Shown piece after piece: positions 1 to 9,516 of a stretch of DNA of 51,840 nucleotides (its first letter is position 1; each line of letters opens with the position of its first letter). The translations under genes were made by a program, and so were the position numbers. This stretch comes from a virus, in IMG/VR virus record IMGVR_UViG_3300041809_000571, positions 1-51,840 of that record; one strand, written 5' to 3'. The notes below the pieces were generated by a model that was not told the origin of the DNA, did no database searches, and saw only the letters and a list, made by a program, of their open reading frames with translations.

Positions 1-30
1 GTCAAGGTTCCTGCCGGTAAGGTGGAAGGC

Positions 31-222
31 ATGGCGATTATCTCCGCCGCAGCGGCAGAGCAGGTCGCCAAGGATGTCATGGAGAATCTCCCCCACATTC
101 CCTTGCCGCAAGAAGACGTTCCCACTGAAAAGACGTTCAAGCGCCGTAAGCGGGTGGAGGCGACCCCCGCCGATGAGGCCCCGCCGCAGGAAGCTGCGGA
201 AAGCCAGCTTTCCCCCTCTTAA
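31..222 (+). CDS. hypothetical protein (frame open from window start; may be C-terminal part of a longer upstream gene)
   Basis: ATG at 31 preceded by AAGGTGGAAGG SD; same frame is open back to nt 1 so the true start may lie outside the window. Confidence 0.4.
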   Translation: MAIISAAAAEQVAKDVMENLPHIPLPQEDVPTEKTFKRRKRVEATPADEAPPQEAAESQLSPS

Positions 223-234
223 TTGAGGGAGTCT

Positions 235-1434
235 ATGGCTTTAGCGCAAGTGCAAAAACTCGCACCAGACTGGACCCCAGACTTCCAGCAGATGCTCAGC
301 CGGATGATTTTGGGGGGATATAATCCATGGCAAGTCAAACAAGGCACATGGATTAGCATCCCCATATCCCTCACCTCTCCACCTTTCACCAAGGTAGCTA
401 TTTCCCTCCCGGAACTCATCCGGCAAACCAATGCTTTTTCCGTCAAGCGCCGGGCCGGGTGCGAGGCCAAGCTCATCAGTTCCAAACCCAAGGAGCTTTA
501 CCTTGCCTACAAGGTCACCTGCCACGAGAATTACTCCGACCCCAAGGGACACGATGTGCAAGTCCAGTTCGATTTGAGTCAGGTGGAGAAGACGCAGGAT
601 GCAAGGCAGATTGATGTGCGGGTCTCCTGCTCCTGCCCAGCGTTCCTGTATTGGGGCGCACAATGGAATCTCCACCAGCGGGACGGCCTGCACGGTGAGG
701 CTAGGCCCCTCCTGCAAGCCCCCACGGAGCGATTAGACCTCCGGGGCAACTTCGTTATCTGCAAGCATGTCAAGACGGTCTTCGAGCGCATCCTGCCCGC
801 TATTCAGCACAACATCCAGAACATTGTGCGCAAGCGGCAGGTGGAGCTTAACAAGAAACGGTTGGAGGAGGAAATCCCAACTGAGAAGGGCAAGCGGCTG
901 GAAGAGCGTCAGGAGGAAATGCGCAAGCGCAAAGAGATTGACCAGATTGTGGAGACCACAGACCCCGACAAGCAGAAGGAGATGATTGACGACCTTCTGG
1001 AGGAAGAGACAGAGAAGCTGGAGAGGGGTAAGGGGAAGCAACCGCCCGCCTTGCCGCCATTGAACAAACCCACGGCTCCCAAGCCCATGGAGCCGAAGCC
1101 GAAGGGACCGGCCCCCAAGCCTCCGCAACCACCCAAGCAGCAGGTAGTTAAACGGGATGAAAAGGCCACAAACGTTGCACCACCGCCTGCCCCCGCTCCT
1201 AAGAAACAGCCGGACCTTAACGACCTCATCAAGCAAGAGGAGAAGAAGCTCCAGCAAAGGAAGAAGCCCAGCCTACCGAGACGGTGGTTAGAGCGGTTGC
1301 AGGAGAAGATACCCGGTGAGTGGTGGAAGAAACTACTCCGCAAGCGCACGAGCTTGGAGATGAGCATGATTGAGAAGTATGCTTCCGAGGAAGGATACGG
1401 GGAGTTTTTGAAGTTCCTTAAGAGTGGGGAATAA
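235..1434 (+). CDS. SWIM-type zinc-finger domain protein with Lys/Glu-rich and Pro-rich (PKPxxP) low-complexity regions
   Basis: CxC...CxH motif (VRVSCSCPAF...ICKHVKTV); SD TGAGGGAG 3 nt before ATG 235; the ORF-track start at 223 is a TTG lying inside the SD. Confidence 0.6.
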   Translation: MALAQVQKLAPDWTPDFQQMLSRMILGGYNPWQVKQGTWISIPISLTSPPFTKVAISLPELIRQTNAFSVKRRAGCEAKLISSKPKELYLAYKVTCHENYSDPKGHDVQVQFDLSQVEKTQDARQIDVRVSCSCPAFLYWGAQWNLHQRDGLHGEARPLLQAPTERLDLRGNFVICKHVKTVFERILPAIQHNIQNIVRKRQVELNKKRLEEEIPTEKGKRLEERQEEMRKRKEIDQIVETTDPDKQKEMIDDLLEEETEKLERGKGKQPPALPPLNKPTAPKPMEPKPKGPAPKPPQPPKQQVVKRDEKATNVAPPPAPAPKKQPDLNDLIKQEEKKLQQRKKPSLPRRWLERLQEKIPGEWWKKLLRKRTSLEMSMIEKYASEEGYGEFLKFLKSGE

Positions 1435-2804
1435 TGCTGACCGCCGTTACCAATGCGCCCTATCCGAACCGCATCCAACTCCTGTTGGGCAACTACATTG
1501 GTCCGCTTATTCGGCCCACCAGTCCTCCCGTAGAGTTTGACCCCACGGTGGATGTGGAGGTTTACGTGGATGGCATACCACTGGTGATTCAAAATGCCTC
1601 TTACGATGCTGTAAACAATCGGTACCTGCTGTTCGCTAACCGGCCATTCAACCTGCAAGGGGTGATACAGGTTGTCCACCACATGCCTAGCCCACCGTTC
1701 CAATTTGGGTTGGGCGTGTTCACCGCACAGAGATTCCGGTACACCTCATCCTACTACAATATGGGTACCGTTCCTCCCACCGCCCTCATTCAAGACTCCG
1801 GGGCGGCATCGCCTGTTTACAGCGTTCGCACACCGTTCCCCGGTTACCCTTGGGTTGGAAACTACACGCTTAACTATTTGTCTCCGAACGGTAGATACTT
1901 GGGACAGATTTTCTACGACTGGCAGGGAGCGGTTGCGGGCAGCCCTAGTCCAGTGGTTTTCTACCTGTGGGATGTCAACACACTTTCTCCCGTGGGGGCT
2001 GACCCCCTTCTCACCGGAGCTACACTGGCGACGATGACACAAGTGACATCGTACACCACCTCTCTCAACGCCATCGCTGACCCCGGTGGTCAAGTTGGCG
2101 TGGCATGGATTCCCGTGAGTGAGCCTTTCGTAGATAACAACGGTACCATATGGTACGTGACGCAGGCGGGAACCACCATATCGTTTTACAGCCTTGCAGT
2201 GGGAGCGGGCGCTCCTACGCTCGTGAACTCTTTCATCTCCGCTGGCTCACCTTGGGATAGCATTTACTCGGGTTGCGTGATAGACCCCACGAATCAGGTT
2301 GTGGCTACCCCGACCAGCATTGCCAACGTGGGTGGGAACTACGAGTACACCAGCGTCAGTCTGCTTCCATTTGGCTCCAATACACCGCTGCAAAACCTGT
2401 CAAGCAGTGATTTATATCATGACACATTCGTAAGTGCCGATTACGTTCAGCCCACCTCTTATGGGGGCAACAATGTAGTCTACTTGGAAAACAACGCTGG
2501 CAACGGGTTAATCGTCGTGGAGTCTGGTGGGGCGATTACAGAGACTCGTTCTTTCCCCTATCCCAGCCCTATTACTGGTGAAGTTGATGGCAACAACAGT
2601 TGTCCTTTCCTCATCGGTAACAAGTGGTACATCGCCGCCGATGGGTTGCTGGGTGGGACGGATGCCGGGGCCATTGAACTGGATGATGACGGCACAACGT
2701 TGACGGTCAACGCCAGTCCCCAGTATGTCGATAGATTGCCAGCCGTCAACATCATGGCTATTCCGGGAGTCGTTTACATGGAGTGGATTGCACCATTGAG
2801 TTAA
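1434..2804 (+). CDS. putative structural / fibre-like protein (Ser/Thr/Gly/Asn-rich, beta-rich)
   Basis: TAATG overlap with the upstream gene; composition typical of phage fibre or receptor-binding proteins. Confidence 0.5.
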   Translation: MLTAVTNAPYPNRIQLLLGNYIGPLIRPTSPPVEFDPTVDVEVYVDGIPLVIQNASYDAVNNRYLLFANRPFNLQGVIQVVHHMPSPPFQFGLGVFTAQRFRYTSSYYNMGTVPPTALIQDSGAASPVYSVRTPFPGYPWVGNYTLNYLSPNGRYLGQIFYDWQGAVAGSPSPVVFYLWDVNTLSPVGADPLLTGATLATMTQVTSYTTSLNAIADPGGQVGVAWIPVSEPFVDNNGTIWYVTQAGTTISFYSLAVGAGAPTLVNSFISAGSPWDSIYSGCVIDPTNQVVATPTSIANVGGNYEYTSVSLLPFGSNTPLQNLSSSDLYHDTFVSADYVQPTSYGGNNVVYLENNAGNGLIVVESGGAITETRSFPYPSPITGEVDGNNSCPFLIGNKWYIAADGLLGGTDAGAIELDDDGTTLTVNASPQYVDRLPAVNIMAIPGVVYMEWIAPLS

Positions 2805-2814
2805 AGAGGATTTA

Positions 2815-4611
2815 ATGCCTTTACAAGCGCCACAAATCGTGCAGGTGGGTTACTCTCGCAATGATGGACCCATAGCGAGTTGGAATACCAGTTTCCCCAA
2901 CACCCCCACTCCCGGTAACACCATGCTGTTCTTTACGGTGGGCAGCGGCAATGGTATTTTCAACGCCATCGGTCCCGGCAATTGGAACTATTTCAACGGA
3001 TTCGGTGAGTCTACCTATGCCGGGGCGGCTTTCACAAGGGTTGCTCAAGCTGGAGATGGCAAGACTTATAACTTTTACATCGGTGGTGATAGTGAAGTTT
3101 ACACCGCTGTACAAGATGGAATTCTGGTGGAGATTACCGGGCAGCCCACTTTGACTTATCACAGTGGACAAGCCAACCCCACTCCCAGCACCACGGGTAC
3201 GATGACGGCGAGTTTCCCCGTCCTCAGTCCCAGCTTGGCTTTAGTGGCGTTCGTGTGGGACCAGCAAGTGACAGGAAGTGGGTTCCTCCCCGCTGGCTAC
3301 ACGCTGCAACATCAGTTTGGGGATTCCACTCACACCGGCAGCCCCGCTAACTATGCCTATGCCGCATTCCTCTCCGCCGCTGGCAGTCCTCCACCTAACA
3401 CGGTCACGGGAACAGCGACATGGGTTTCCACCCCGGCGTGGGTTGCCATCGTAGCAGGACCCGTCGCTTTGCCGTCAGTCATCATATCCTCCAACCCTAA
3501 CCCCTCGGTTGCTTCTACCCCGTTGCTTATCTCCATCAATGCCATAGGAAGCCCCACTCCCATCCCCACAGGGACAGTGACGGTAACGGATACGACCACC
3601 AGCACCGTGCTTGGAAGCGGCCTTCCTCTCGTGAATGGTATAGCCTCCTGTGTAGCAAGTTCACTCACCACAGGCGCTCACAGCATAACGGCTGCTTACA
3701 GTGGAGATGGCACCTACGCTCCCATGTCTTCGACCCTTGAACAACAGGTTGAAAGCGGCTTGGATTTCAACTCTACAACTGCCGTCAGCAGCACTCTCAA
3801 TCCGTCATTTTTTGGGGACAACGTTGAATTCGACATGACAGTTGCTCCCGTTGCCCCCGCAGTCGTGCAATCCTCCAGTAGCAACGGCGGGGGTACAACC
3901 GTCACGGTAACCTTGCCGAATTTCCCCACGATAGGCAACATCATGCTGGCTATCGGAGGAGTGAACCACGGAAACTCCCCCTCCGTCTTACCTGTGGAGT
4001 TTGATTGTCTCGGCAGTTTTTGGAATGGGAATGGCAATGCTACGGTGGGGACGCACATCGTAGAATCGGATGATGGTAAGGTGTGGACTTTCACGAAGCC
4101 GGATAGCAGCGATAACGGCGCAGCCAACGACTACTACATGATTGAACTTGCCGGAACACCCGTCATATGGGCGGCGGCAGGCACCGTGGTCAGCACCTAT
4201 GTCAGCCCCGGAAACAGCCTGCTCACCACTCCGGTTTTGCCCGGAGGTCCGGGACTGGCAATTGTCTGTTTCTTCCGTACCGCAGGCTGGGGTAATTTAA
4301 CCAATTGGTTACCCAGTGGATATGCTAAACCTCTATGGTTGAACGCCGACTCCGCTGCTTACCTTGGCATGGTCCCCAACTCTGCGGTTACGGCGAATAT
4401 CAGTGTGGGTTCAGGCACGGAAGTTCCTTATGTGGTGGTGCAAGTTTTCGGGGGAGCCGGATACCCCTTGGGCAATGTGGTCTTGACTGATGACGTGGGA
4501 AGTTTCTCTCCTCAGACCCTTCCCCTATCAAGTGGAACGGCATCCTATAGCACCACTGCTCTTGCCGTTGACTATCACACCATCACAGCGACGTATGGGG
4601 GAGGTGCCTAA
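2815..4611 (+). CDS. bacterial Ig-like (Big) repeat-containing structural protein, putative tail fibre / decoration
   Basis: repeated HSITAAYSGDGTY / HTITATYGGGA modules; SD AAGAGGA; conserved N-terminal modules (PNTPTPGNTMLFFTVGSGNG, FPTIGNIMLAIGGVNHG). Confidence 0.6.
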   Translation: MPLQAPQIVQVGYSRNDGPIASWNTSFPNTPTPGNTMLFFTVGSGNGIFNAIGPGNWNYFNGFGESTYAGAAFTRVAQAGDGKTYNFYIGGDSEVYTAVQDGILVEITGQPTLTYHSGQANPTPSTTGTMTASFPVLSPSLALVAFVWDQQVTGSGFLPAGYTLQHQFGDSTHTGSPANYAYAAFLSAAGSPPPNTVTGTATWVSTPAWVAIVAGPVALPSVIISSNPNPSVASTPLLISINAIGSPTPIPTGTVTVTDTTTSTVLGSGLPLVNGIASCVASSLTTGAHSITAAYSGDGTYAPMSSTLEQQVESGLDFNSTTAVSSTLNPSFFGDNVEFDMTVAPVAPAVVQSSSSNGGGTTVTVTLPNFPTIGNIMLAIGGVNHGNSPSVLPVEFDCLGSFWNGNGNATVGTHIVESDDGKVWTFTKPDSSDNGAANDYYMIELAGTPVIWAAAGTVVSTYVSPGNSLLTTPVLPGGPGLAIVCFFRTAGWGNLTNWLPSGYAKPLWLNADSAAYLGMVPNSAVTANISVGSGTEVPYVVVQVFGGAGYPLGNVVLTDDVGSFSPQTLPLSSGTASYSTTALAVDYHTITATYGGGA

Positions 4612-5579
4612 TGCCTGCTACCCCAACAATCATGGTCGTCAACACCCCGTCCACTTCCTACTCGGGGCAAACGGTGCAGTTTGTCGTCACGGTAAGCGGC
4701 GGTGCCGGAACGCCCACAGGCACGGTGACCTTCTCATCCAATCTGGATGGGACCATGGGGATAGTGACGCTCGCCAGTGGAGCGGCCCTGTTCACTGACA
4801 GCATTCTTACCATCAACTCCCACACCATCACCGCCACTTACAGCGGGGATGTAAACTACGATTCAGGGGTGCAGACGGTCGGGCAGACCGTGGACCAATA
4901 CTCCTTTGGGAGTTACAGTTTTGCTGGTAGCAGTAATTTTTTGACCCAAAACGTGGAGTCCAAGGCGGTCCCCACCCTCACCCTTCTTAGCACGGAAAAC
5001 CCCTCCCGGTATGGGGATGCGGTCACTTTTAACATCACAGTGACCGGGTCATCCGGGACACCCACGGGAACGATTACGTTGACCGACAGCCTGAGTGGCT
5101 TCCCCCCGCAGACGCTCTCTTTGGTTGCCGGGGCGACCTCTTACGGACCCATCTCCACCCTGTCCACTGCCAGTCACCTCATCACAGCAGCATATAGTGG
5201 GGATACCACCTACAACTCATCAAACACTAACCTCATCCAGCTTGTTTTGAGCCAGAGGGGCACGGAACTGTTTGATTTGCCGGGATTTGCTCTCTTTGCT
5301 TCTTACAGTACTGAGGGAGATACCTCTCTTCCGGCGTGGGCTACTTTTACGGCGGTGCCTTCCACCACCACAGCGGGTACTCCAGTTTACATCCTGTGGA
5401 GCAGTAACAACGTGGTAGCGGTCAGCATTGAGGGCGCTCCCAGCCTGATAAACACCAACGGTTCAGGAATTTACGAATTTACGAGTGGTTTTTCAGTCAG
5501 TACAGTAGTAACTTGCATAGCATATGACTCCTTGGGGAACATCGTAACCACGGAGAATGTGCTAATTACAATCACTTAG
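4611..5579 (+). CDS. bacterial Ig-like repeat-containing structural protein
   Basis: repeats HTITATYSGDVNYDSG / HLITAAYSGDTTYNSS; TAATG coupling with 2815..4611. Confidence 0.6.
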   Translation: MPATPTIMVVNTPSTSYSGQTVQFVVTVSGGAGTPTGTVTFSSNLDGTMGIVTLASGAALFTDSILTINSHTITATYSGDVNYDSGVQTVGQTVDQYSFGSYSFAGSSNFLTQNVESKAVPTLTLLSTENPSRYGDAVTFNITVTGSSGTPTGTITLTDSLSGFPPQTLSLVAGATSYGPISTLSTASHLITAAYSGDTTYNSSNTNLIQLVLSQRGTELFDLPGFALFASYSTEGDTSLPAWATFTAVPSTTTAGTPVYILWSSNNVVAVSIEGAPSLINTNGSGIYEFTSGFSVSTVVTCIAYDSLGNIVTTENVLITIT

Positions 5580-5639
5580 GGTGGTAAAATCCAGCTACGC
5601 CATCCTTTTATAGGGCGACCTCGCCCACAGGAGAAGAAT

Positions 5640-5876
5640 ATGGCAACAAAAATCGCAAAAGTCGATGCCGACGCAATGAACTCCTTGTACGCCGCCGAAC
5701 TCTCCAAGGTTGGTCTTAAGACCGCCGCCGAGGGCGTTGGTGACAATAAGGGTGCCCCCAAGGACCCGCAAGCGTTCGAGGACCATTCCGATTACCTCAA
5801 GACTCTCGAATCCGCAATGAAGGATGACAAGAGCGTTGAGGGCGGAACTGACCCCAACGACAAGGTGCTCGATTAA
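5640..5876 (+). CDS. small acidic hypothetical protein
   Basis: SD CAGGAGAAG 4 nt before ATG; 78 aa. Confidence 0.5.
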   Translation: MATKIAKVDADAMNSLYAAELSKVGLKTAAEGVGDNKGAPKDPQAFEDHSDYLKTLESAMKDDKSVEGGTDPNDKVLD

Positions 5877-5885
5877 GGGGGAAAC

Positions 5886-7463
5886 ATGCTTCCCTGCAAA
5901 GTGGCGGCATCCCGCCTCCTAGCGCCGGGGCGCATCGTCGGTTCTATTGACGGTCAGCCTTGGCTCGTTTTGTCTAGTATCAAGACCAAGGACGGCCTGA
6001 ATTTCAAACTCGCCGACCTCATGGGTAGCCCTGTCTCTACGCCGCCGCACTTCGACCCCATCCCTCTCAGGTTCTCCCGGTTTGCTTCCATGCTGCATCT
6101 TGCCTACAACAAGGACATTGATGCTATGATGAAGGCGCTCATCCGGGACGCACAGCTTCCCGTGGACCAGAGCATGAATTGGGTAAAGTTTCTTTATTCC
6201 ACTCTCGCCAAACAACTACCGACCACAGATGAAGACAAAATAGATGAGGTTCTCCACTTCCTCATCTTCAAGGTTTGGGAGCGGCATATCTTGACGGAGC
6301 AGTTCCCCGGTATCGTGGAAAACTTCACCCAGAAGAATCCCGATTTCGCCAAGCTACCATTGGATAAACAAGTCACTTGGGTTCTCAGGAATTATCTCGT
6401 GGGAGGCAAGGCGGGCTGGCCCGGCAGAAAGCAGGAGGCTATCCGGTACCTTAAGCGCATCATCGAAGGACAGGATATTTCCGCCGACGATGTTGAACAG
6501 GGGATTGGTGAAGACAATGTCGTGTCCATGGAACCTTACACCGCCGAGGGGGAAGAACCGGAAGCTTCTATTCTCGATACCCCTGAGTATGCCACAGGCA
6601 CGCAAGCACAGGAGCAGGTGGAAGAAGACACCGACATGGGTGACTACCGTGCTCCATGGGAACGGCGCACACCGGGCAAGTTCACTGAGCCATTTGGTGA
6701 GTGGCTTGCCAAGAAGTACAGCATCAGCATCGTGGAACAAATACTCCGTATTCTCTCCATCCTTTACAACGACATGAAGACCTACAAGAAGATGCCGAAA
6801 ATAAAGGACGTGGAGGAGGAGTGGCAGGCATTGGAAAAGGAGTATGCGGAGGCTTCCCCGGAAGCAGGTTTAGCTTCTCCGAAACAGCGAAAATTCAAGA
6901 CCCTGTTTGACAAGCTTCCGAGCCTGATATCCGCCTATGTGGGGATACACTATAGAGGGCAGGAAAGTACGCTACCTACGGTGGTAAGGATTCTCAACAA
7001 CATCGGAATTGAGGAGCGCCAGAGAGAGCGGGAAGGCCAAGAAGAAACTGCGAGCGGTGCAACCGCAGTTCCCACGGAAGAGGCGGCAATGCGGTCGCTT
7101 CCCGCCGAGGGTAAGTTCTCCGCCGCCAAGAAACAGTGGGAAACTCCCCGTTGTAAGGCTTGCGGGACCACCAAGGATATCAAGAAGTGCCCCGGTTGCG
7201 AGGACAAGTTTTGTCCCCTCTGTGTGCGGGACCATCATGCTAATCATCCGGGACACGACCTTCTGTTGACAAGTTCAAAGAAGGTGCAGGCAGCTAACCT
7301 ACAACAAGCTCAAATTGACCCGGAAGAACAGGTAGACCTTAAAACTGACCCTTGGGGAGCATTAAGTGAAAGTTTGAGTAATACCCCCGACCAAAAAAAT
7401 ACTCCCTTAAAACATACCGTGATGCCCGAATTGCCCTCGGGACCCTACCATATGGCTCGGTAA
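5886..7463 (+). CDS. hypothetical protein with C-terminal Cys/His zinc-finger (MYND/HIT/B-box-like)
   Basis: SD AAGGGGG; C-terminus CKACGTTKDIKKCPGCEDKFCPLCVRDHHANHPGHD. Confidence 0.55.
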   Translation: MLPCKVAASRLLAPGRIVGSIDGQPWLVLSSIKTKDGLNFKLADLMGSPVSTPPHFDPIPLRFSRFASMLHLAYNKDIDAMMKALIRDAQLPVDQSMNWVKFLYSTLAKQLPTTDEDKIDEVLHFLIFKVWERHILTEQFPGIVENFTQKNPDFAKLPLDKQVTWVLRNYLVGGKAGWPGRKQEAIRYLKRIIEGQDISADDVEQGIGEDNVVSMEPYTAEGEEPEASILDTPEYATGTQAQEQVEEDTDMGDYRAPWERRTPGKFTEPFGEWLAKKYSISIVEQILRILSILYNDMKTYKKMPKIKDVEEEWQALEKEYAEASPEAGLASPKQRKFKTLFDKLPSLISAYVGIHYRGQESTLPTVVRILNNIGIEERQREREGQEETASGATAVPTEEAAMRSLPAEGKFSAAKKQWETPRCKACGTTKDIKKCPGCEDKFCPLCVRDHHANHPGHDLLLTSSKKVQAANLQQAQIDPEEQVDLKTDPWGALSESLSNTPDQKNTPLKHTVMPELPSGPYHMAR

Positions 7464-7518
7464 AGTTTTGAACTATTTAAACCACTTAATGAGAAACCCT
7501 GCGTGGAGAGGGTAGTTT

Positions 7519-8321
7519 ATGTTTATCTATATTATCACAAACACTGAAAACGGGAAAATTTATATTGGCAAACGACCAACCCAACCTTGTATACTTATTT
7601 GAAGAGAAAGCTTGGGGAAGCTCAAAGGGGAAGGCAATCTCATCTTTTTAAAGCGATGAGAAAATATCCCAAAGAGGTATGGGATATTCATTCTCTTATT
7701 TCTTGTCTTACTACTAATTGGCAGCTTAATCTTTGGGAAAAAGCTCTGATATGGGCTTTCAATTCGTGTAATCCTGAAATTGGATATAATATTTGTGAAG
7801 GAGGAGAAGGAGTCACATCGGAAGACCGAAGACGGATGTGGACTAGTTCCGAGTATCGTAATAAGATGAGCAGGATTAGGAAACAATTGTGGGCCGACCC
7901 TGAGTACCGAAACAAAGTGAATAAACTTAGGGAAGAAGCAAAAAATAAACCGGAAGTAAAAGCCAAAATGCTTGAGGGCAGCAGGAAGGCAGCATCCAAC
8001 CCGGAAATTCGTGCTAAGATAAGCGAAGCCACTAAGAAACAATGGGAGGACCCGGAGTTTCGTGCTAAGATTAGTGCCGCTTCCAAGAAGGCCATGTCTA
8101 ATCCTGATAAGCAATTAAAGATGCAAGAGGCTGCTAGAAAAGCACAATCTAACCCAACAAATCGTATGAAACACTTGGAAGGCATAAGAAAAATGTGGGC
8201 TGACCCAGAAAAGCGTAAGAAAATGATTGAGGACAGACGACGGGCCTTGTCCGACCCCAATAGGCAGTTAAAGATGCAAGAAGCCGCCAAAATAGCACGG
8301 TCAAGAATGGTGGCGGCTTAA
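7519..8321 (+). pseudogene. GIY-YIG homing endonuclease with C-terminal NUMOD3 repeats, interrupted by a frameshift near 7570
   Basis: ATG 7519 gives MFIYIITNTENGKIYIGKR (GIY-YIG motif) and stops at 7602. The rest of the GIY-YIG domain (SHLFKAMRKYPKE...NLWEKALIWAFNSCNPEIGYNICEGGEG) plus six NUMOD3-like repeats (NPEIRAKISEA, DPEFRAKISAA, NPDKQLKMQEAA...) lies in the -1 frame, 7587..8321. Region is AT-rich relative to its flanks. Confidence 0.65.
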
Positions 8322-8371
8322 CTATTGGTCTCTTAAGAAGAGAGTAGGTGCGGATTAAGGGGGTTGGACGC

Positions 8372-9448
8372 ATGGAAGTAGTAGGACATGAAATTCCCAA
8401 GGAGAGTAAGCGGATGACCCCCGAGGAAGCCGGGTACATGGAGCTTGCCGGGGCGAAGAAAGAAGGCGACTGTAAAATAGTCGTTGTGCCGGGAGGCGTG
8501 AGCTTCCAGCTTGGGTGTTGCAATGAGTTTGAAGCGTTCGATGACAGCGTGCAGAAGTTCTCCTGTGGGACCTGCGAATATCGTAAAAGCAAGGCTACAG
8601 GAACCTTAGTAGGAGAGGAACCTATGGAAAAGACAAAGACATCAAGGGAAATTTTGCGTGAAAAAGTTGGTGCTCTCGCCGAGAGCAAGCGGGCGAACGT
8701 GTATGCCCGGATGCGGGAAGTTGCCGCCAAGGAGCCGAGGCAGGTTGCCGCCGCACTGGGCGAGCTTGCCGTTTCCTGTGGTGTCATGGCAAGTCAGTTC
8801 TCCGCCATGAAGGACCATCTGGACCTCAACGAGGCCCCCCGGACGGCATCCTTGCAGGCTCGGGTAGCCGCCCGCAAGAAGTTTGCCGCCGAGTTCCGCC
8901 GCCGTGCCACGGATAACCCGGAGCAGATTGCCGATGCGGTGATTCAGCTTTATCACAACATTGACGAAATTGCCGCCGCTATCGAGAGTTTTGCCGAGAA
9001 TATGGGCATTGAGTTGCCCGCACCCGGCGATGAAGCCGGAATCGAAGGACCGGAAGAATTCGGAAACGAAGCTCCTGAGTCTCCCGAAGTTCCCGCCGCC
9101 CCCGAGGGTCTGGAGGAACAGGGTGAGGAGCTTGAGAGTCCCAAGGAAGAAGCCGCCGAGGAAGCCGCAGGTACCGAGGGTACCGAAGCCGACGAAGAGC
9201 AGGACGAGGAGCTTGCCAAGGAAGCAAACGCAGCCGGGGGAGCCGGATTCGTCACCGACCGGGATGAGGAAGGCAAGCCCAAGCCGCCCGAGAAGGTGAA
9301 GAGCAAGGAAGCCACGGGTGGAGCCGGGTTCGTTACTGACCGGGATGACAAGGCGGAACCGAAGCCGGTTGAAAAGGCGGAGATTCCCCGCAGTCAGGGT
9401 GAAGCGGCCATTAAGCAGTCAGCCCGGCGCATCGCCGGTTGGGAATAA
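8372..9448 (+). CDS. acidic Glu-rich protein with tandem GGAGFVTDRD(E/D)..KP repeats
   Basis: ATG 8372 after GGGGG; alternative GTG start at 8348; low-complexity acidic C-terminal half. Confidence 0.5.
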   Translation: MEVVGHEIPKESKRMTPEEAGYMELAGAKKEGDCKIVVVPGGVSFQLGCCNEFEAFDDSVQKFSCGTCEYRKSKATGTLVGEEPMEKTKTSREILREKVGALAESKRANVYARMREVAAKEPRQVAAALGELAVSCGVMASQFSAMKDHLDLNEAPRTASLQARVAARKKFAAEFRRRATDNPEQIADAVIQLYHNIDEIAAAIESFAENMGIELPAPGDEAGIEGPEEFGNEAPESPEVPAAPEGLEEQGEELESPKEEAAEEAAGTEGTEADEEQDEELAKEANAAGGAGFVTDRDEEGKPKPPEKVKSKEATGGAGFVTDRDDKAEPKPVEKAEIPRSQGEAAIKQSARRIAGWE

Positions 9449-9516
9449 GCAACCTATTTCCCGTTAAATCCGTCAAACATACCGAAACCCCGTATTGGGG
9501 TATATGGAGGTGTGCC

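Noticed and set aside
241-1703. Long minus-strand ORFs (241..717, 733..1257, 909..1703) antisense to the SWIM gene
   Set aside because: They lie entirely inside a plus-strand gene with good SD, start and coupling. Their composition (Leu/Arg/Gly-rich) is typical of antisense translation of GC-rich coding DNA, and none has an SD.
5585-5625. Hairpin GGGCGAcctCGCCC between the Ig-repeat gene and 5640..5876 as a terminator
   Set aside because: The stem is short (5-6 bp) and the T-run precedes rather than follows it on the plus strand. It is more likely incidental.
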